Shown in pieces: positions 19,427 to 28,551 of a stretch of DNA of 64,000 nucleotides. The notes beneath the pieces were generated by a model. That model did not search any database, had not been told where the DNA came from, and saw only the letters and a program-made list of their open reading frames with translations. Within the stretch, counting starts at the first letter, position 1, and each line of letters opens with the position of its first letter. Origin of the DNA: a virus; IMG/VR virus record IMGVR_UViG_3300045971_001064, positions 11,256 through 75,255 of that record; one strand, given 5' to 3'. Made by a program: the position numbers and the translations under genes.

Positions 19427-19694
19427 GCGACCATTCCGGCCAGCCGCTGCCGTAGTACTTGGGGCCGAAGCTGATGTCCCAGCGCTCGACCGGCGCCTTG
19501 GCGCACTCGGCCATGGTGAACCAGCAGAGCATGTCGTGCTCGCCCTTGTCGGCCTTCCTGAGCCTGACCGACCAGCAGCAGGTCCCGGCCGAGCGGGTGC
19601 CCCAGCAGCGCCACCAAGCGTTCGGGCGGGGCTGCTCTAGGACCTCGAAGCCAAGGGCCTCCAGACGCTCCCTGATGACCTGAGAGGCCTTCAT
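19401..19694 (-). CDS. Hypothetical protein
   Basis: MKASQVIRERLE...; ATGA overlap with the upstream gene. Confidence 0.55.
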   Translation of the reverse strand: MKASQVIRERLEALGFEVLEQPRPNAWWRCWGTRSAGTCCWSVRLRKADKGEHDMLCWFTMAECAKAPVERWDISFGPKYYGSGWPEWSLDIEPEKE

Positions 19695-20026
19695 CCGGCG
19701 TCCTTGACCACTTCGTCGAGGCGGGTGACGACGTGCCCTCTCTCCCGCGACCGCTCGTGCCCGCCATATTCGGAGCGGAGCATGCCCGCCGCGGTCTGGC
19801 AGATGTGGACCTGCCGACGCCGCTCGCTCTTCGAGGTCGACTTCACACTGACCAGCCACGAGGCCGTGCCAGCGATGATGTCGCCGAAGTAGACGGCCAT
19901 CTTCTGGTAGTTGCGCAGGGCGAAGAAGAGGGTGCGGATGTCCTCGTCCGACATGCCCGGCTTCCCGGTGTCGACCATGGACTGCATGTACTTCTTCTCG
20001 ATGTCGTCGATGTTGAAGGTGCTCAC
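19691..20026 (-). CDS. Hypothetical protein
   Basis: GTG start overlapping the upstream stop. Confidence 0.55.
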   Translation of the reverse strand: MSTFNIDDIEKKYMQSMVDTGKPGMSDEDIRTLFFALRNYQKMAVYFGDIIAGTASWLVSVKSTSKSERRRQVHICQTAAGMLRSEYGGHERSRERGHVVTRLDEVVKDAG

Positions 20027-20265
20027 ATCGCCCCCATGCCCGGGAAGGTGGGGTTCTTGTCGCACCAGTCCTGCGCGCCCTCGCGGGTCAGGAAGGGCTT
20101 CCGGCCGAGGCCCGAGGTGCCGTCCGGGTGCACGACGGTCCAGCCGACGTTGACCATCTTCCAGTTCAGCTTGTCGGCCTCGGTGGTCCACGGGCAGGCG
20201 CCGCGGACAGAGGCGGTGAGGCCGGAGGTGTGCTTCCAGACGCGGGCGACGGCGACGGTGCTCAT
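20023..20265 (-). CDS. Hypothetical protein
   Basis: ORF in a tightly packed - strand block. Confidence 0.55.
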   Translation of the reverse strand: MSTVAVARVWKHTSGLTASVRGACPWTTEADKLNWKMVNVGWTVVHPDGTSGLGRKPFLTREGAQDWCDKNPTFPGMGAM

Positions 20266-20266
20266 G

Positions 20267-20563
20267 CTAGACCCCCTTGAGGAACGCGAGGATGGCGTTG
20301 CGGGTGTGCTTGATGCCGAGCGCCTTGCAGGCGTTCTTGAAGCCCTGACCGTCGTGGTTGAAGGAGCCGGTGCACAGCGCCCCCATCATCTTGATGTGGA
20401 CGCCAGCGACGCCGCCGAAGAAGGGCGCGTCGCCCATGACGCTGGCCACCATGTTGGGGCTGTAGTCGCTGGGGTTGGCGCGGACAGCGGCTTCGAGGCC
20501 AGCGCGGTAGGCGTCGGAGAAGGCGGCGAAGCGGTCGTCACGGAAGGCGTTGGGGTCGTTCAT
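20267..20563 (-). CDS. Hypothetical early protein (leaderless)
   Basis: MNDPNAF...; start set by promoter P2. Confidence 0.65.
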   Translation of the reverse strand: MNDPNAFRDDRFAAFSDAYRAGLEAAVRANPSDYSPNMVASVMGDAPFFGGVAGVHIKMMGALCTGSFNHDGQGFKNACKALGIKHTRNAILAFLKGV

Positions 20564-20599
20564 GGGAAGGAGTGTACCAGAGCCGGGGCCCGGTGTCAA
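20561..20599 (-). promoter_or_regulatory. Sigma70-type leaderless promoter P2
   Basis: TTGACA-N17-TACACT-N7-ATG; the upstream gene's TGA lies inside the -35. Confidence 0.85.
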
Positions 20600-20934
20600 G
20601 CCCGCCCGGAGAGCAGGTTGGCGATGGCGTAGGCCACGAGCCAGTGACGCGGGCGGTCGAGGATGTCCGTGGCGGTGATGGGGCCCGGGGAGGTCTGGCG
20701 GAAGGCCTTGACGTTCAGGGCGAAGCGAGCGCGCTCGTCGTCGGTGTAGCGGTCGATGGCGGTCGAGGTCTTCCGGGCCCGCGCGTAAATCATGCGCTCC
20801 CGGACGGAGGTGGCGATGGCCGAGTCGATGTCGTGCCAGTAGCGGTTGAACAGGTCCGCGGCGTGCAGGTCCTCCACGAGGCTGTACCACGTGTAGTCGG
20901 AGAGGTCGTTCCCGGCGGCGAGCTTGGTGGTCAT
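20596..20934 (-). CDS. Hypothetical early protein (leaderless)
   Basis: MTTKLAAG...; start set by P3. Confidence 0.65.
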   Translation of the reverse strand: MTTKLAAGNDLSDYTWYSLVEDLHAADLFNRYWHDIDSAIATSVRERMIYARARKTSTAIDRYTDDERARFALNVKAFRQTSPGPITATDILDRPRHWLVAYAIANLLSGRA

Positions 20935-20970
20935 GGGAAGGAGTATACGCTGGTCAGGGTGGGAAGTCAA
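20932..20970 (-). promoter_or_regulatory. Sigma70-type leaderless promoter P3
   Basis: TTGACT-N17-TATACT-N7-ATG. Confidence 0.85.
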
Positions 20971-20973
20971 GCT

Positions 20974-21375
20974 CTACAGCTTGGTCTCGGAGCCGCAGAA
21001 GCCGAAGCCGCGGAGGGAGCCCGAGACCTTGCCGCGCTTGCCGATGACGAACCAGCAGCCAGCGCCGCCCGAGATGTGCCCGTTGACCTCGACCATGACG
21101 CTGCCGGAGATGACCTTGTTGGGGCTGCCCTTGCGGCCCTCGATGACGGTCTTGAGGTCGACCTTGACGGTCAGGTTCGGCTTGTTGCCGAAGTAGTCGG
21201 CCTCGACGAGGGTCTTGCGGGCCAGCAGCCTGACGGCCGCCACTTGCGTGGAGGTCATGCTGAGCTTCATGTACTGAGCCCACGGCCGGAGGGCAGCGTC
21301 GACCCGCACGGACTGGGCGGCGTAGCGGACGTTCTCTTCGGCGCGGAAGGCGGCGATGGTCTCGGTGTCGGTCAT
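20974..21375 (-). CDS. Hypothetical early protein (leaderless)
   Basis: MTDTETI...; start set by P4. Confidence 0.65.
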   Translation of the reverse strand: MTDTETIAAFRAEENVRYAAQSVRVDAALRPWAQYMKLSMTSTQVAAVRLLARKTLVEADYFGNKPNLTVKVDLKTVIEGRKGSPNKVISGSVMVEVNGHISGGAGCWFVIGKRGKVSGSLRGFGFCGSETKL

Positions 21376-21410
21376 GGTGGTGTTGTACCATGGGGCGTCT
21401 CAGGTGTCAA
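21373..21410 (-). promoter_or_regulatory. Sigma70-type leaderless promoter P4
   Basis: TTGACA-N17-TACAAC-N6-ATG. Confidence 0.8.
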
Positions 21411-21499
21411 GACCCTCCTCCTACGGACTTTCTCCCGGACATCTCGGGCATCGAGGGTGATAGAAGCCCCCAATCTTCCTAGTAGAAAGAGGGAACACC

Positions 21500-21718
21500 A
21501 TGCCCGTCTACCTGAACGTGAAGCAGATGTCCTTGAGCCACACTCCGCCCGGCGCCGCCATCCCGCTGCCGGTGGCCTTCCTCGTCATGCCAGTCGTGGG
21601 GCTGGCGTTCCTGATGTTCCTCCCGGCCGTCGGCTTCGTGCTGGTCGGCAAGCACCTCGTCGTCGAGTGCGCCAAGACGCTGCCTCGCATCAGGGCGTGG
21701 TTCTGGCGCGAGGCCTAG
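21500..21718 (+). CDS. Small membrane protein
   Basis: Hydrophobic segment PVAFLVMPVVGLAFLMFLPAVGFVLVG; CAATCT at 21471 and SD AGAGGG upstream. Confidence 0.55.
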   Translation: MPVYLNVKQMSLSHTPPGAAIPLPVAFLVMPVVGLAFLMFLPAVGFVLVGKHLVVECAKTLPRIRAWFWREA

Positions 21719-21984
21719 CGCAGCATCCGGCACAGCAGGTTGGTGTCCTCGGGGCGGCTCTTCAGGTCGAGGCTGCTCGACTGGCCGATGCACTTCCAGT
21801 CGCCACCAATCTGAGCCACGAAGCCAGCCGAGAGCAGGACCTCGCGGCACGCCTTGTTGTTGTCGTACCACTTGTCGCCGAAGTAGCGCTGGCAGAAGTC
21901 GGCGTGCGTGATGAAGGCCGGGAAGATGAGGACAGCGCCGCCGCCCTCCAGCGTGTCGATGCAGACGTACTTGGCGTTCTCCAT
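21715..21984 (-). CDS. Hypothetical protein
   Basis: MENAKYVCID...; overlaps the sigma gene stop. Confidence 0.6.
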   Translation of the reverse strand: MENAKYVCIDTLEGGGAVLIFPAFITHADFCQRYFGDKWYDNNKACREVLLSAGFVAQIGGDWKCIGQSSSLDLKSRPEDTNLLCRMLR

Positions 21985-22643
21985 CACTCCTCCAGCATGC
22001 CGCGGGTGCGCTGGAGGATGACGGACTCCAGCTTGCGAACGGTCTCGCGTGCCACGCCGTAGCGCAGCGCCAGCGCGTCGAGCTTCATCGGCCGCTCGGA
22101 GAGCAGACGGTTGTAGACGAGGTCGCGGCAGAGGGCGAGCTTGTCGTACTTCTTCGAGGCGTCGGCGTGCAGGCTCGCGATGATGCGCTCCATGGCCTGC
22201 CGCACGCGGTCGGTGTTGTCGTAGGACAGGGCGATGTCCTCGGGAGTCGGGGCGTCGTCGGGGAGCATGTCGCTCCAGTCGCGGCCGTCCTCGCCGACCG
22301 GCGCGTCCAGCGAGACGTCGCTGCTGGCCGTGCGCACGTTGACCACCACCACCGAGGAGTTGGTGTTCCGCGAGCGCTTCACCTCGGTGCGGGCCCACTG
22401 CGCCGCCCAGAAGCGGAACTGGTAGCCCTTGGTCGGGTTGAAGCTGGGGATGGCGCTCTCCAAGATGGCGAGCCGCGCCACCTGCGCGAGGTCCTCCCGC
22501 TCGGCCTCCGTGCAGCGCCACTTGCCGACGATGGCCAGCACGTCGCGCTCGCAGAAGGCGAGGACGTCGCTGACGGCCTTGCGGTCACCGGCCTTGGCGC
22601 GGATAGCGAGGTCGTTCTGCTCGGCGGGGGTGAGACTCTTCAC
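21984..22643 (-). CDS. Phage RNA polymerase sigma factor (sigma70 family)
   Basis: Region 2 EREDLAQVARLAILESA..FNPTKGYQF; SLDAPVG..WSDMLPD; region 4 HTH KLDALALRYGVARETVRKLE; SD AAGGAG; TTGACG upstream. Confidence 0.85.
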   Translation of the reverse strand: MKSLTPAEQNDLAIRAKAGDRKAVSDVLAFCERDVLAIVGKWRCTEAEREDLAQVARLAILESAIPSFNPTKGYQFRFWAAQWARTEVKRSRNTNSSVVVVNVRTASSDVSLDAPVGEDGRDWSDMLPDDAPTPEDIALSYDNTDRVRQAMERIIASLHADASKKYDKLALCRDLVYNRLLSERPMKLDALALRYGVARETVRKLESVILQRTRGMLEE

Positions 22644-22779
22644 GTGTGACTCCTTGGCTGTGGACGGATGTTATCTCACGAATGGCTGCGCGCGTCAACT
22701 ACTTCCGCTTGGGGCTCGTACACCTTCGAGATGACCCGAAGTTGCTGGAGCGCGCGGCGGCGTACGTGCGAGAGCATGC

Positions 22780-23934
22780 TCAGAGTGCCACGTAGAGGCG
22801 AGCCTTGGGGAAGCGCGGGATACCGTCGGCGGTCAGGTCCTGATACTTGACGGTCAGCTTCTTGCCGACCATCGCCGCAGCCAGCTTCGCGACGACTGCA
22901 AGCTCCCCCATCATCGGCGTGTTGAAGCTCTTCCCGCTGGGCGTCTCGCAGGTGAAGACGGGGTACTCGACCGTCCGCTGCTCGCCGCCGCTGATGACCG
23001 TGCGGGTCTCGTACTGCACGCCGATGCACTGGTACTCGGCATCGAGGAACTTCTTCAGCTTCAGCAGGTCAGCGGACCGCTTGCCCACGTAGAGCCCGGC
23101 GAGATTGCGCGCCATGGCGCCCTCGTAGCCCGCCTCCAAGAAGGCCTCGAACAGGGCGTTCATCTCGGTCTCGTTCTGCACGATGACCGTGGGGGCGAGG
23201 ACGAGCGGGTGCTGCTGGGCGCAGGCGAACTCCTTCGTCAGCCAAGCCAGCCGCTGCGCGTAGGTCTCGGCCGTGACGACGTCGTAGATGTGGTACTCGA
23301 CCACCTCGTGGCCCACCTTGGGCTCCGCGGACCGCAGGATGGAGGTGAGCCCCTCGAACGTGAGGCTCATGGTGTAGGCCTCGCCGTCGAACCAGTGCTC
23401 GCCGGTCGGGAAGGTCATCTCCAGCGCCCGCTGGATGTGGGGCACGGAGTTGATGGGCTTCCGGGTGCGGGACCAGAGGGTGCAGACTCCTCCCTTGACG
23501 TGCGCCAGCGTCCGGTGGCCGTCGTACTTGCGCTGGATGGCGCACGGGAACTTGAGCGCCTTGGGCTTCTTCTCGATGGGGAAGGCGAGCATGGGGTCGA
23601 CACCGCCCTCGACGAGGTCAGACCCCTCCCCCGTCATGGCTGCTTCCTTGCTGGCGCAGTACCCCTTGGCCTTCTGCTGCTTCTCCCACTTCGACAGCGC
23701 CTGAGCGCAGGCCTGCTCGTAGGGCGAGGTCTCGTTCTTCTTGCCGACGTTCTTGCCCTTGGCGATGATGTCGCGGGTCTCTTGGAACTGGCCGCCCTCC
23801 TGCCCCCAGCGCGTGGAGATGATGGCGCTGACGGTCGGCAGAGCGCCACCCGAGTCCACGAGGATGTGCCACTCGATGACGTTGCCGTTCTCGGCCAGCT
23901 TGTAGAGAGTGGGGAATGTGGTCGGGTTGGGCAT
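22780..23934 (-). CDS. ATP-dependent DNA ligase
   Basis: Motif I QRKYDGHR, FDGEAY, YHIYDV, EGAMAR, LLKLKKFLDAEY, and OB-fold LTVKYQ..T.DGIPRFP. Confidence 0.92.
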   Translation of the reverse strand: MPNPTTFPTLYKLAENGNVIEWHILVDSGGALPTVSAIISTRWGQEGGQFQETRDIIAKGKNVGKKNETSPYEQACAQALSKWEKQQKAKGYCASKEAAMTGEGSDLVEGGVDPMLAFPIEKKPKALKFPCAIQRKYDGHRTLAHVKGGVCTLWSRTRKPINSVPHIQRALEMTFPTGEHWFDGEAYTMSLTFEGLTSILRSAEPKVGHEVVEYHIYDVVTAETYAQRLAWLTKEFACAQQHPLVLAPTVIVQNETEMNALFEAFLEAGYEGAMARNLAGLYVGKRSADLLKLKKFLDAEYQCIGVQYETRTVISGGEQRTVEYPVFTCETPSGKSFNTPMMGELAVVAKLAAAMVGKKLTVKYQDLTADGIPRFPKARLYVAL

Positions 23935-23943
23935 GGTGGTGTT

Positions 23944-24261
23944 CTACTCCCCTTTCGCCATCAGCGCAAGTCCCAAGATGGAAATCGCCATGCCGAGGTA
24001 CTGCACCCGGCTGGGGCGGAATCCGTAGTAGGCGAGCGCCATGAGGGCGGAGATGGTGAGGGTGACCTCGAAGATGAGGGTGATGAGCGGCAGGGACAGA
24101 GTCGAGAACTTGGCAAGGTAGTTCCACGCGAGCACCGGCACGAGCCCGGTCGCCGGACCCCACCACGCACTGATGGTGCCAGCGCGGATGGAGGTCATGA
24201 TGGTGGCCGAGATGTAGCCGCCGATGGCGATGAGCACGAAGCCGAAGAGCGTGTGGAGCAT
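23944..24261 (-). CDS. Four-TM small membrane protein (SMR/DMT-like)
   Basis: 105 aa with four hydrophobic segments. Confidence 0.55.
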   Translation of the reverse strand: MLHTLFGFVLIAIGGYISATIMTSIRAGTISAWWGPATGLVPVLAWNYLAKFSTLSLPLITLIFEVTLTISALMALAYYGFRPSRVQYLGMAISILGLALMAKGE

Positions 24262-24573
24262 CTACTTGCCCTTGGTGCAGTTGGTGGGGTTGCAGCCGGT
24301 CGGGCAGCAGAGGGGCTCGCCGATGAGTTCCTCCAGCGGACGCGGCACCTCTGGGTACGCCATCGACCTCGCGATGACGAGGTCCTCCCAGCACTCCCGC
24401 TCGCGCTCCTTGGCGTCGGCCAGCTTCTTCGTCTTGAGGTCGAACTCCTCCTGAGCCTCCTTCAGTCCGGCCTTGGCGTCAGCCAACTCATCCTGCACGC
24501 GGATGTGGTGCATGGTGGCGCGGTGGTAGGCCTCGGCAGCGACGACGGTCTTGGTGATGGGAGGGATGCTCAC
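24262..24573 (-). CDS. Coiled-coil hypothetical protein
   Basis: GTGA overlap start; heptad-rich. Confidence 0.55.
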   Translation of the reverse strand: MSIPPITKTVVAAEAYHRATMHHIRVQDELADAKAGLKEAQEEFDLKTKKLADAKERERECWEDLVIARSMAYPEVPRPLEELIGEPLCCPTGCNPTNCTKGK

Positions 24574-24857
24574 GGCGTCACCAGCTTCATCATGGCGCGG
24601 CCCATGGTGACGTCGCCGTTGCGGAAGGCGATGGCGAGGCACAGCGCGCCGTCGAGGGTCGGGGCGACGACGCTGGTGTCCTGTCCGTCGACGTAGGGGT
24701 GGAACTGGTTCAGATGGCCGCCAGCGGTCAGCCCCGTGTCCTTCTCCCGCTTCACGACCTCGGTCGGGGTGAACTCCACGATGGAGTAGGGCCCCACCTC
24801 GTGGGTCTGCTCGACGCGCCCCCAGACGAAGCGCAGGCCGTTCGGTCCGTTGGCCAT
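24570..24857 (-). CDS. Hypothetical protein
   Basis: Packed ORF. Confidence 0.55.
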   Translation of the reverse strand: MANGPNGLRFVWGRVEQTHEVGPYSIVEFTPTEVVKREKDTGLTAGGHLNQFHPYVDGQDTSVVAPTLDGALCLAIAFRNGDVTMGRAMMKLVTP

Positions 24858-24859
24858 GG

Positions 24860-25105
24860 CTAGTACCTCACCGTGCAGCCCTTGAAGACGAGGCCGCAGC
24901 AGACGGTGCCCTTGGCGCGCACGCCGAGCGCGTTGATGGCGCTGAAGCCGGTGGCCGAGAAGTCGCTCTCCGCGCAGGCGAAGGGCTCGTAGCCGGTGAT
25001 GCGGATGTCCCTGAAGCCCGCCGACTCCAGAGTCCGCCGGGCGTCGTCCTCGTTGGTGCAGGCGACGAGGGAGATGAGCAGCAGCGCGGCGAGGATGCTC
25101 TTCAT
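24860..25105 (-). CDS. Phage lipoprotein
   Basis: Lipobox LVAC; pattern ARR.LE..GF.DI.ITGY..F.C...D...TGF.A...G.VC.G..KG.T.R of a recurrent phage family. Confidence 0.7.
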   Translation of the reverse strand: MKSILAALLLISLVACTNEDDARRTLESAGFRDIRITGYEPFACAESDFSATGFSAINALGVRAKGTVCCGLVFKGCTVRY

Positions 25106-25734
25106 GACGCCTTCTTTCTGAGGTTGGAGGCGGCCTCCTTGGCAGCCTTGATGCGGTTCTGGCGGTCCTGCTCCAGCGCCTTCTCGTAGGCGTCGATGGC
25201 CTTCGCGGGGATGCGCTGGACGCCCTTGGGGACGCGCTGGACCTTCGGCTGGGGCTTGGCCGCCCGAGCGGGCTTCGAGGCCTTGGCGGCCTTGCGGAGG
25301 GCCTCCTTGCACATCTCCAGCCCCTCGACCACGACGAGCCGGTCGAGCACCTTGTAGCCCTCGGTCTTCATGTACTCGGCAGCCTTCTTCGGGTCGCGAG
25401 ACAGCAGCACCTTGAAGACGAGGACGGCCTCCTGCACCGCTCCGCGCTTGGCAGCGGCCTCCTCGTGCCGCCGCTTGTCGGCCAGCGCCGAGATGGGGAG
25501 CTTGGTCACGAACTCGTAGCGCCGCTCCTCGGGCTTGGCCGCGTCGGCCAGCACGCGCACGCGCTGGACGTTGTCCTCACCGCCGTACGGCTCGAAGTCG
25601 CGGCCGGTGACGGTCTTGCTGAAGGCGTCCATGGCCTGCTCGCGCTTGTTGAGGCTGCTGGCCTCCGGGGCACGGTCGTTCTTGAGGAACTCGTGCAACT
25701 CCGCCATCGAGAACTGCGTCTGCTCGGTCACCAT
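25102..25734 (-). CDS. Hypothetical basic helical protein
   Basis: SD AGGAG; CGTGC-TATCAT promoter upstream. Confidence 0.6.
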   Translation of the reverse strand: MVTEQTQFSMAELHEFLKNDRAPEASSLNKREQAMDAFSKTVTGRDFEPYGGEDNVQRVRVLADAAKPEERRYEFVTKLPISALADKRRHEEAAAKRGAVQEAVLVFKVLLSRDPKKAAEYMKTEGYKVLDRLVVVEGLEMCKEALRKAAKASKPARAAKPQPKVQRVPKGVQRIPAKAIDAYEKALEQDRQNRIKAAKEAASNLRKKAS

Positions 25735-25762
25735 GGTCGCTCCTGTTGAGGTGGGTCTCGGG

Positions 25763-25773
25763 ATGATAGCACG
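25763..25773 (-). promoter_or_regulatory. Extended -10 promoter CGTGC-TATCAT
   Basis: Intergenic, upstream of 25734. Confidence 0.6.
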
Positions 25774-25791
25774 CGGCTCAGCCGCGCGCCA

Positions 25792-26271
25792 CTAGCAGGG
25801 GGTCGAGGGGTAGGAGGCGTTGGCGCGCTTCAGCGCCTCGTTGTACTCGTCGGGCGACACGACGGCGAGGCCCTTGCGGACGAACTCGGTCTCGATGGTG
25901 CGCACGAGCTTGCCGTTGCGGCGGTCGTAGGAGGCGTTGGTCCGGACGTCCCAGATGACGTAGGCGATGTCGGAGATGCGCTTCTCGGCCAGCCCGACGG
26001 CCGGGTCGCTCTCGAAGACCTCGGTGCCGTTGTCGAGCGCGAACAGGGCGGCCTCCTTCCACGACTCGAAGCCGAAGATGACCATCTCGTTGTCGACCGG
26101 GTAGGTCGCGATGCTCTTGTGCTTCACGCCGCTCCGCGGGTTGGCGCGGGTGAAGGGCTGGCTGGAGTCGCCGCAGTCGCTGTGCCCGTGCACCGGCACG
26201 AAGACGAGGTGCGGGGTGCCGATGAAGTGCTTGAGGTACCGGGGCAGGTTCTTGACGGGGGAGTTGGTCAT
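25792..26271 (-). CDS. Hypothetical early protein (leaderless)
   Basis: MTNSPVK...; start set by P5. Confidence 0.65.
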   Translation of the reverse strand: MTNSPVKNLPRYLKHFIGTPHLVFVPVHGHSDCGDSSQPFTRANPRSGVKHKSIATYPVDNEMVIFGFESWKEAALFALDNGTEVFESDPAVGLAEKRISDIAYVIWDVRTNASYDRRNGKLVRTIETEFVRKGLAVVSPDEYNEALKRANASYPSTPC

Positions 26272-26306
26272 GGAAGGAGTGTACCCTAGTTCGAGGTGGG
26301 AGTCAA
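26269..26306 (-). promoter_or_regulatory. Sigma70-type leaderless promoter P5
   Basis: TTGACT-N17-TACACT-N6-ATG. Confidence 0.85.
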
Positions 26307-26309
26307 GGC

Positions 26310-26585
26310 CTACAGCTTCCCGGCGAGGTACTCGGCGAGGTGGATGGCCGAATCGGCGTCCGAGCACATGAAGTGGCCGACCATCGCGCGGCCGTTGGTG
26401 CGGCAGCCGAAGAGCACGGCCTCGACGGAGTGAGTGTCGCCGCCGCGGTCGGGCATGAAGGGGGTGACCTCGACCCGGACGGTCTCGCTCGACGCGGTGC
26501 CGTAGACGTGGCGGAACTTGCGGACCTTGCCGTCGACGACGCAGGGAGCCTTCTTGTCGCTGGAGATGCGGAATGAGTTGGTCAT
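26310..26585 (-). CDS. Hypothetical early protein (leaderless)
   Basis: MTNSFRI...; start set by P6. Confidence 0.65.
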   Translation of the reverse strand: MTNSFRISSDKKAPCVVDGKVRKFRHVYGTASSETVRVEVTPFMPDRGGDTHSVEAVLFGCRTNGRAMVGHFMCSDADSAIHLAEYLAGKL

Positions 26586-26620
26586 GGAAGGAGTGTACCA
26601 CCAGCCCGGACACGAGTCAA
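26583..26620 (-). promoter_or_regulatory. Sigma70-type leaderless promoter P6
   Basis: TTGACT-N17-TACACT-N6-ATG. Confidence 0.85.
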
Positions 26621-26803
26621 GCGCGCAGCCGCTCATTCTCGGTGATGTAGGGTCTGATGTCGGGAATAACCGACGTCATTTCGGGCGTTTCAACTATTAT
26701 CACCCGAAACTCCAGTGATTCCGCTGAGTCGTCTTTCCTCGACAGCCGATGTCGCCATCGCCCGACACAAGCGCGTGCAATCATTCATGTAAAGGAGCAA
26801 CAC

Positions 26804-27103
26804 ATGACCACCAAGAACTTCAGCATCGTCGGCGCCGGTCTCGGTCTCACTGCCTTCCTCGCGGTCGGGCTGCTGCCTGCCGTCCTGTACGGGGGCTACG
26901 CGGGCCTGATGCTGGCCAGCGGCATCGCGGGCACGCCTGTCCAGCCGACGGCCCTCGTCAAGGGGCTCATCGTCTTCGGGATGGTGCTCGGCGTGACCGG
27001 CGTGGCCTCGCTCTTCGCGGTGCTCGGCTCGGTGGCTGGCGCGGCCGTGGGGGCGCTCACGGCGCCAGTCAGGCGCTCGATGGCGCCTCAAGGCGACCGC
27101 TAG
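26804..27103 (+). CDS. Glycine-rich small membrane protein
   Basis: Strong SD AAAGGAG; 99 aa, almost entirely hydrophobic. Confidence 0.7.
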   Translation: MTTKNFSIVGAGLGLTAFLAVGLLPAVLYGGYAGLMLASGIAGTPVQPTALVKGLIVFGMVLGVTGVASLFAVLGSVAGAAVGALTAPVRRSMAPQGDR

Positions 27104-27789
27104 ACGCCCTTCGCGTCAAGCTCGTCGACCATGCCCTTGAACCGGGCGATGTCGACCAGCTTGGCGCGGCCCTCGTGGACCGTGAACTTGGAGAAGTCCT
27201 TGAGCGGCGCGTGCGGGCGCTTGACCTTCAGCAGGCTGGTCTTCCCGGCGGTCATCTCGATGCGTGCGTGCATGCCGTGGCGGTCGGCCTTCTTCACGAC
27301 CTCGAAGCTCGTGGGGAAGTAGGCACTGGCGCCGACGCTGACCCAGCTTTTGGCGCCCGGGATGCGGATGAGCGCCCAGCGGATGCCGTCGTAGACGCAG
27401 TCCCACCTCTGACCACCCTCGATGCCGCCGGACATCGCCTTCATCCACTCGGGGCGGTTCGGCTCCTTCACCTTGCGCTCCGGCTTCGGCGGAGGCGGCT
27501 CGTACGGCACTGGCGCGGGCAGCGCGGCGCCGCAGGACGGGCAGTGCTTCCACCAGTCAGGGCGCACGTGAAGAACGCAGCCGCAGGGGTAGCGGTACTT
27601 GTCGTCCTCGCAGACCCAGCGCGCTTCCTCGTTGTCGCCGCCGTCGTGAAGCCACTTGGGCACGCCATTCTCTTCGGGGATGGGCCACTTCGCAGCCGCC
27701 CACCCACCGCCGAACTTGGGCCAGATGACGTACTTGCCGTCGTTGGAGTGGTGGTAGCCCTCAGAGTCCTTCTTGCCGAAGACCAGCAT
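27100..27789 (-). CDS. Hypothetical protein with a zinc ribbon
   Basis: CGC..CPSC followed by a proline-rich linker. Confidence 0.55.
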   Translation of the reverse strand: MLVFGKKDSEGYHHSNDGKYVIWPKFGGGWAAAKWPIPEENGVPKWLHDGGDNEEARWVCEDDKYRYPCGCVLHVRPDWWKHCPSCGAALPAPVPYEPPPPKPERKVKEPNRPEWMKAMSGGIEGGQRWDCVYDGIRWALIRIPGAKSWVSVGASAYFPTSFEVVKKADRHGMHARIEMTAGKTSLLKVKRPHAPLKDFSKFTVHEGRAKLVDIARFKGMVDELDAKGV

Positions 27790-27986
27790 CAGTCCTCCGG
27801 GTAGAAGACGGTGTAGGGGTAGTGGAGCCCTTCCTGAGAGTCGAAGACCACCTTGGCTGCGGCCGACTGCTCGCGCGTCAGCGAGCCGAGGAAGTAGACG
27901 ACCTGCTCTTGGTTGGGGAAGTTGTCCCAGCGCCACGCAGGCTGCGTGTGGCGGCCGACCTCGTCGAGTTGCTGAACGCCGCCCAT
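27789..27986 (-). CDS. Hypothetical protein
   Basis: Packed ORF. Confidence 0.45.
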   Translation of the reverse strand: MGGVQQLDEVGRHTQPAWRWDNFPNQEQVVYFLGSLTREQSAAAKVVFDSQEGLHYPYTVFYPED

Positions 27987-27988
27987 GG

Positions 27989-28543
27989 CTACGCCCTCTT
28001 GGTCATGTACGTGCGGGCGGTGGCCAGCGCGTCACGGGGGAGCAGCACGTTGAAGAACTCCTCGCCGCAGGTGGCGCAGACGACCTCCTTGGCGGGGGCG
28101 TCGGGGTCGATGACTTGGGCGTCCGGGGACGGCTGCTGGTGCTCGCAGTAGACCGGGTCGTTCTCGACGGCCCACTCCGAGCCCAGCGAGCGCGGGATGT
28201 AGAGCATGCCGATGCGGTCGGAGTGGGCGATGCCCTCCTGCATGCCGCGCGAGACGCCGCGGTCGGTGTAGAGGGCGCGGAAGGCTCCCGCCGCCAACAG
28301 CGCCTCGGCCATCTTGAACCCGGCCTCGATGCCCTGCTTGCGCTGCTCGGGCTTGGTGTCGTCGAGCGCGCCGGGGAAGAAGCCGTGGGAGCCGTAGGGC
28401 ACCTCGCCGCGAGCGAGGCAGTCCTGAATCGCCGCGCGCAGGTAGGCGATGTTCCGGCGGTAGGCCACCGGGTTGGCGCCCGCGTAGGGGCTCTCGATGA
28501 TGCAGACGCGGGTGGCTCGGGTGTCGCTGTTGGGGCTGGTCAT
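27989..28543 (-). CDS. Nucleoside deoxyribosyltransferase-like fold protein
   Basis: VCIIESPYAG...N..Y.R.A..DCL.RGE.PY.SH...GI.AG...LYTD.G.S.GM..GI; C-terminal zinc ribbon. Confidence 0.65.
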   Translation of the reverse strand: MTSPNSDTRATRVCIIESPYAGANPVAYRRNIAYLRAAIQDCLARGEVPYGSHGFFPGALDDTKPEQRKQGIEAGFKMAEALLAAGAFRALYTDRGVSRGMQEGIAHSDRIGMLYIPRSLGSEWAVENDPVYCEHQQPSPDAQVIDPDAPAKEVVCATCGEEFFNVLLPRDALATARTYMTKRA

Positions 28544-28551
28544 GTGTGCTC

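Noticed and set aside
26640-26800. c-di-GMP riboswitch or sigma54 promoter
   Set aside because: The GEMM consensus is not recognisable, and the GG(-24)/GC(-12) match is imperfect and mis-spaced. It is kept only as an unassigned structured leader.
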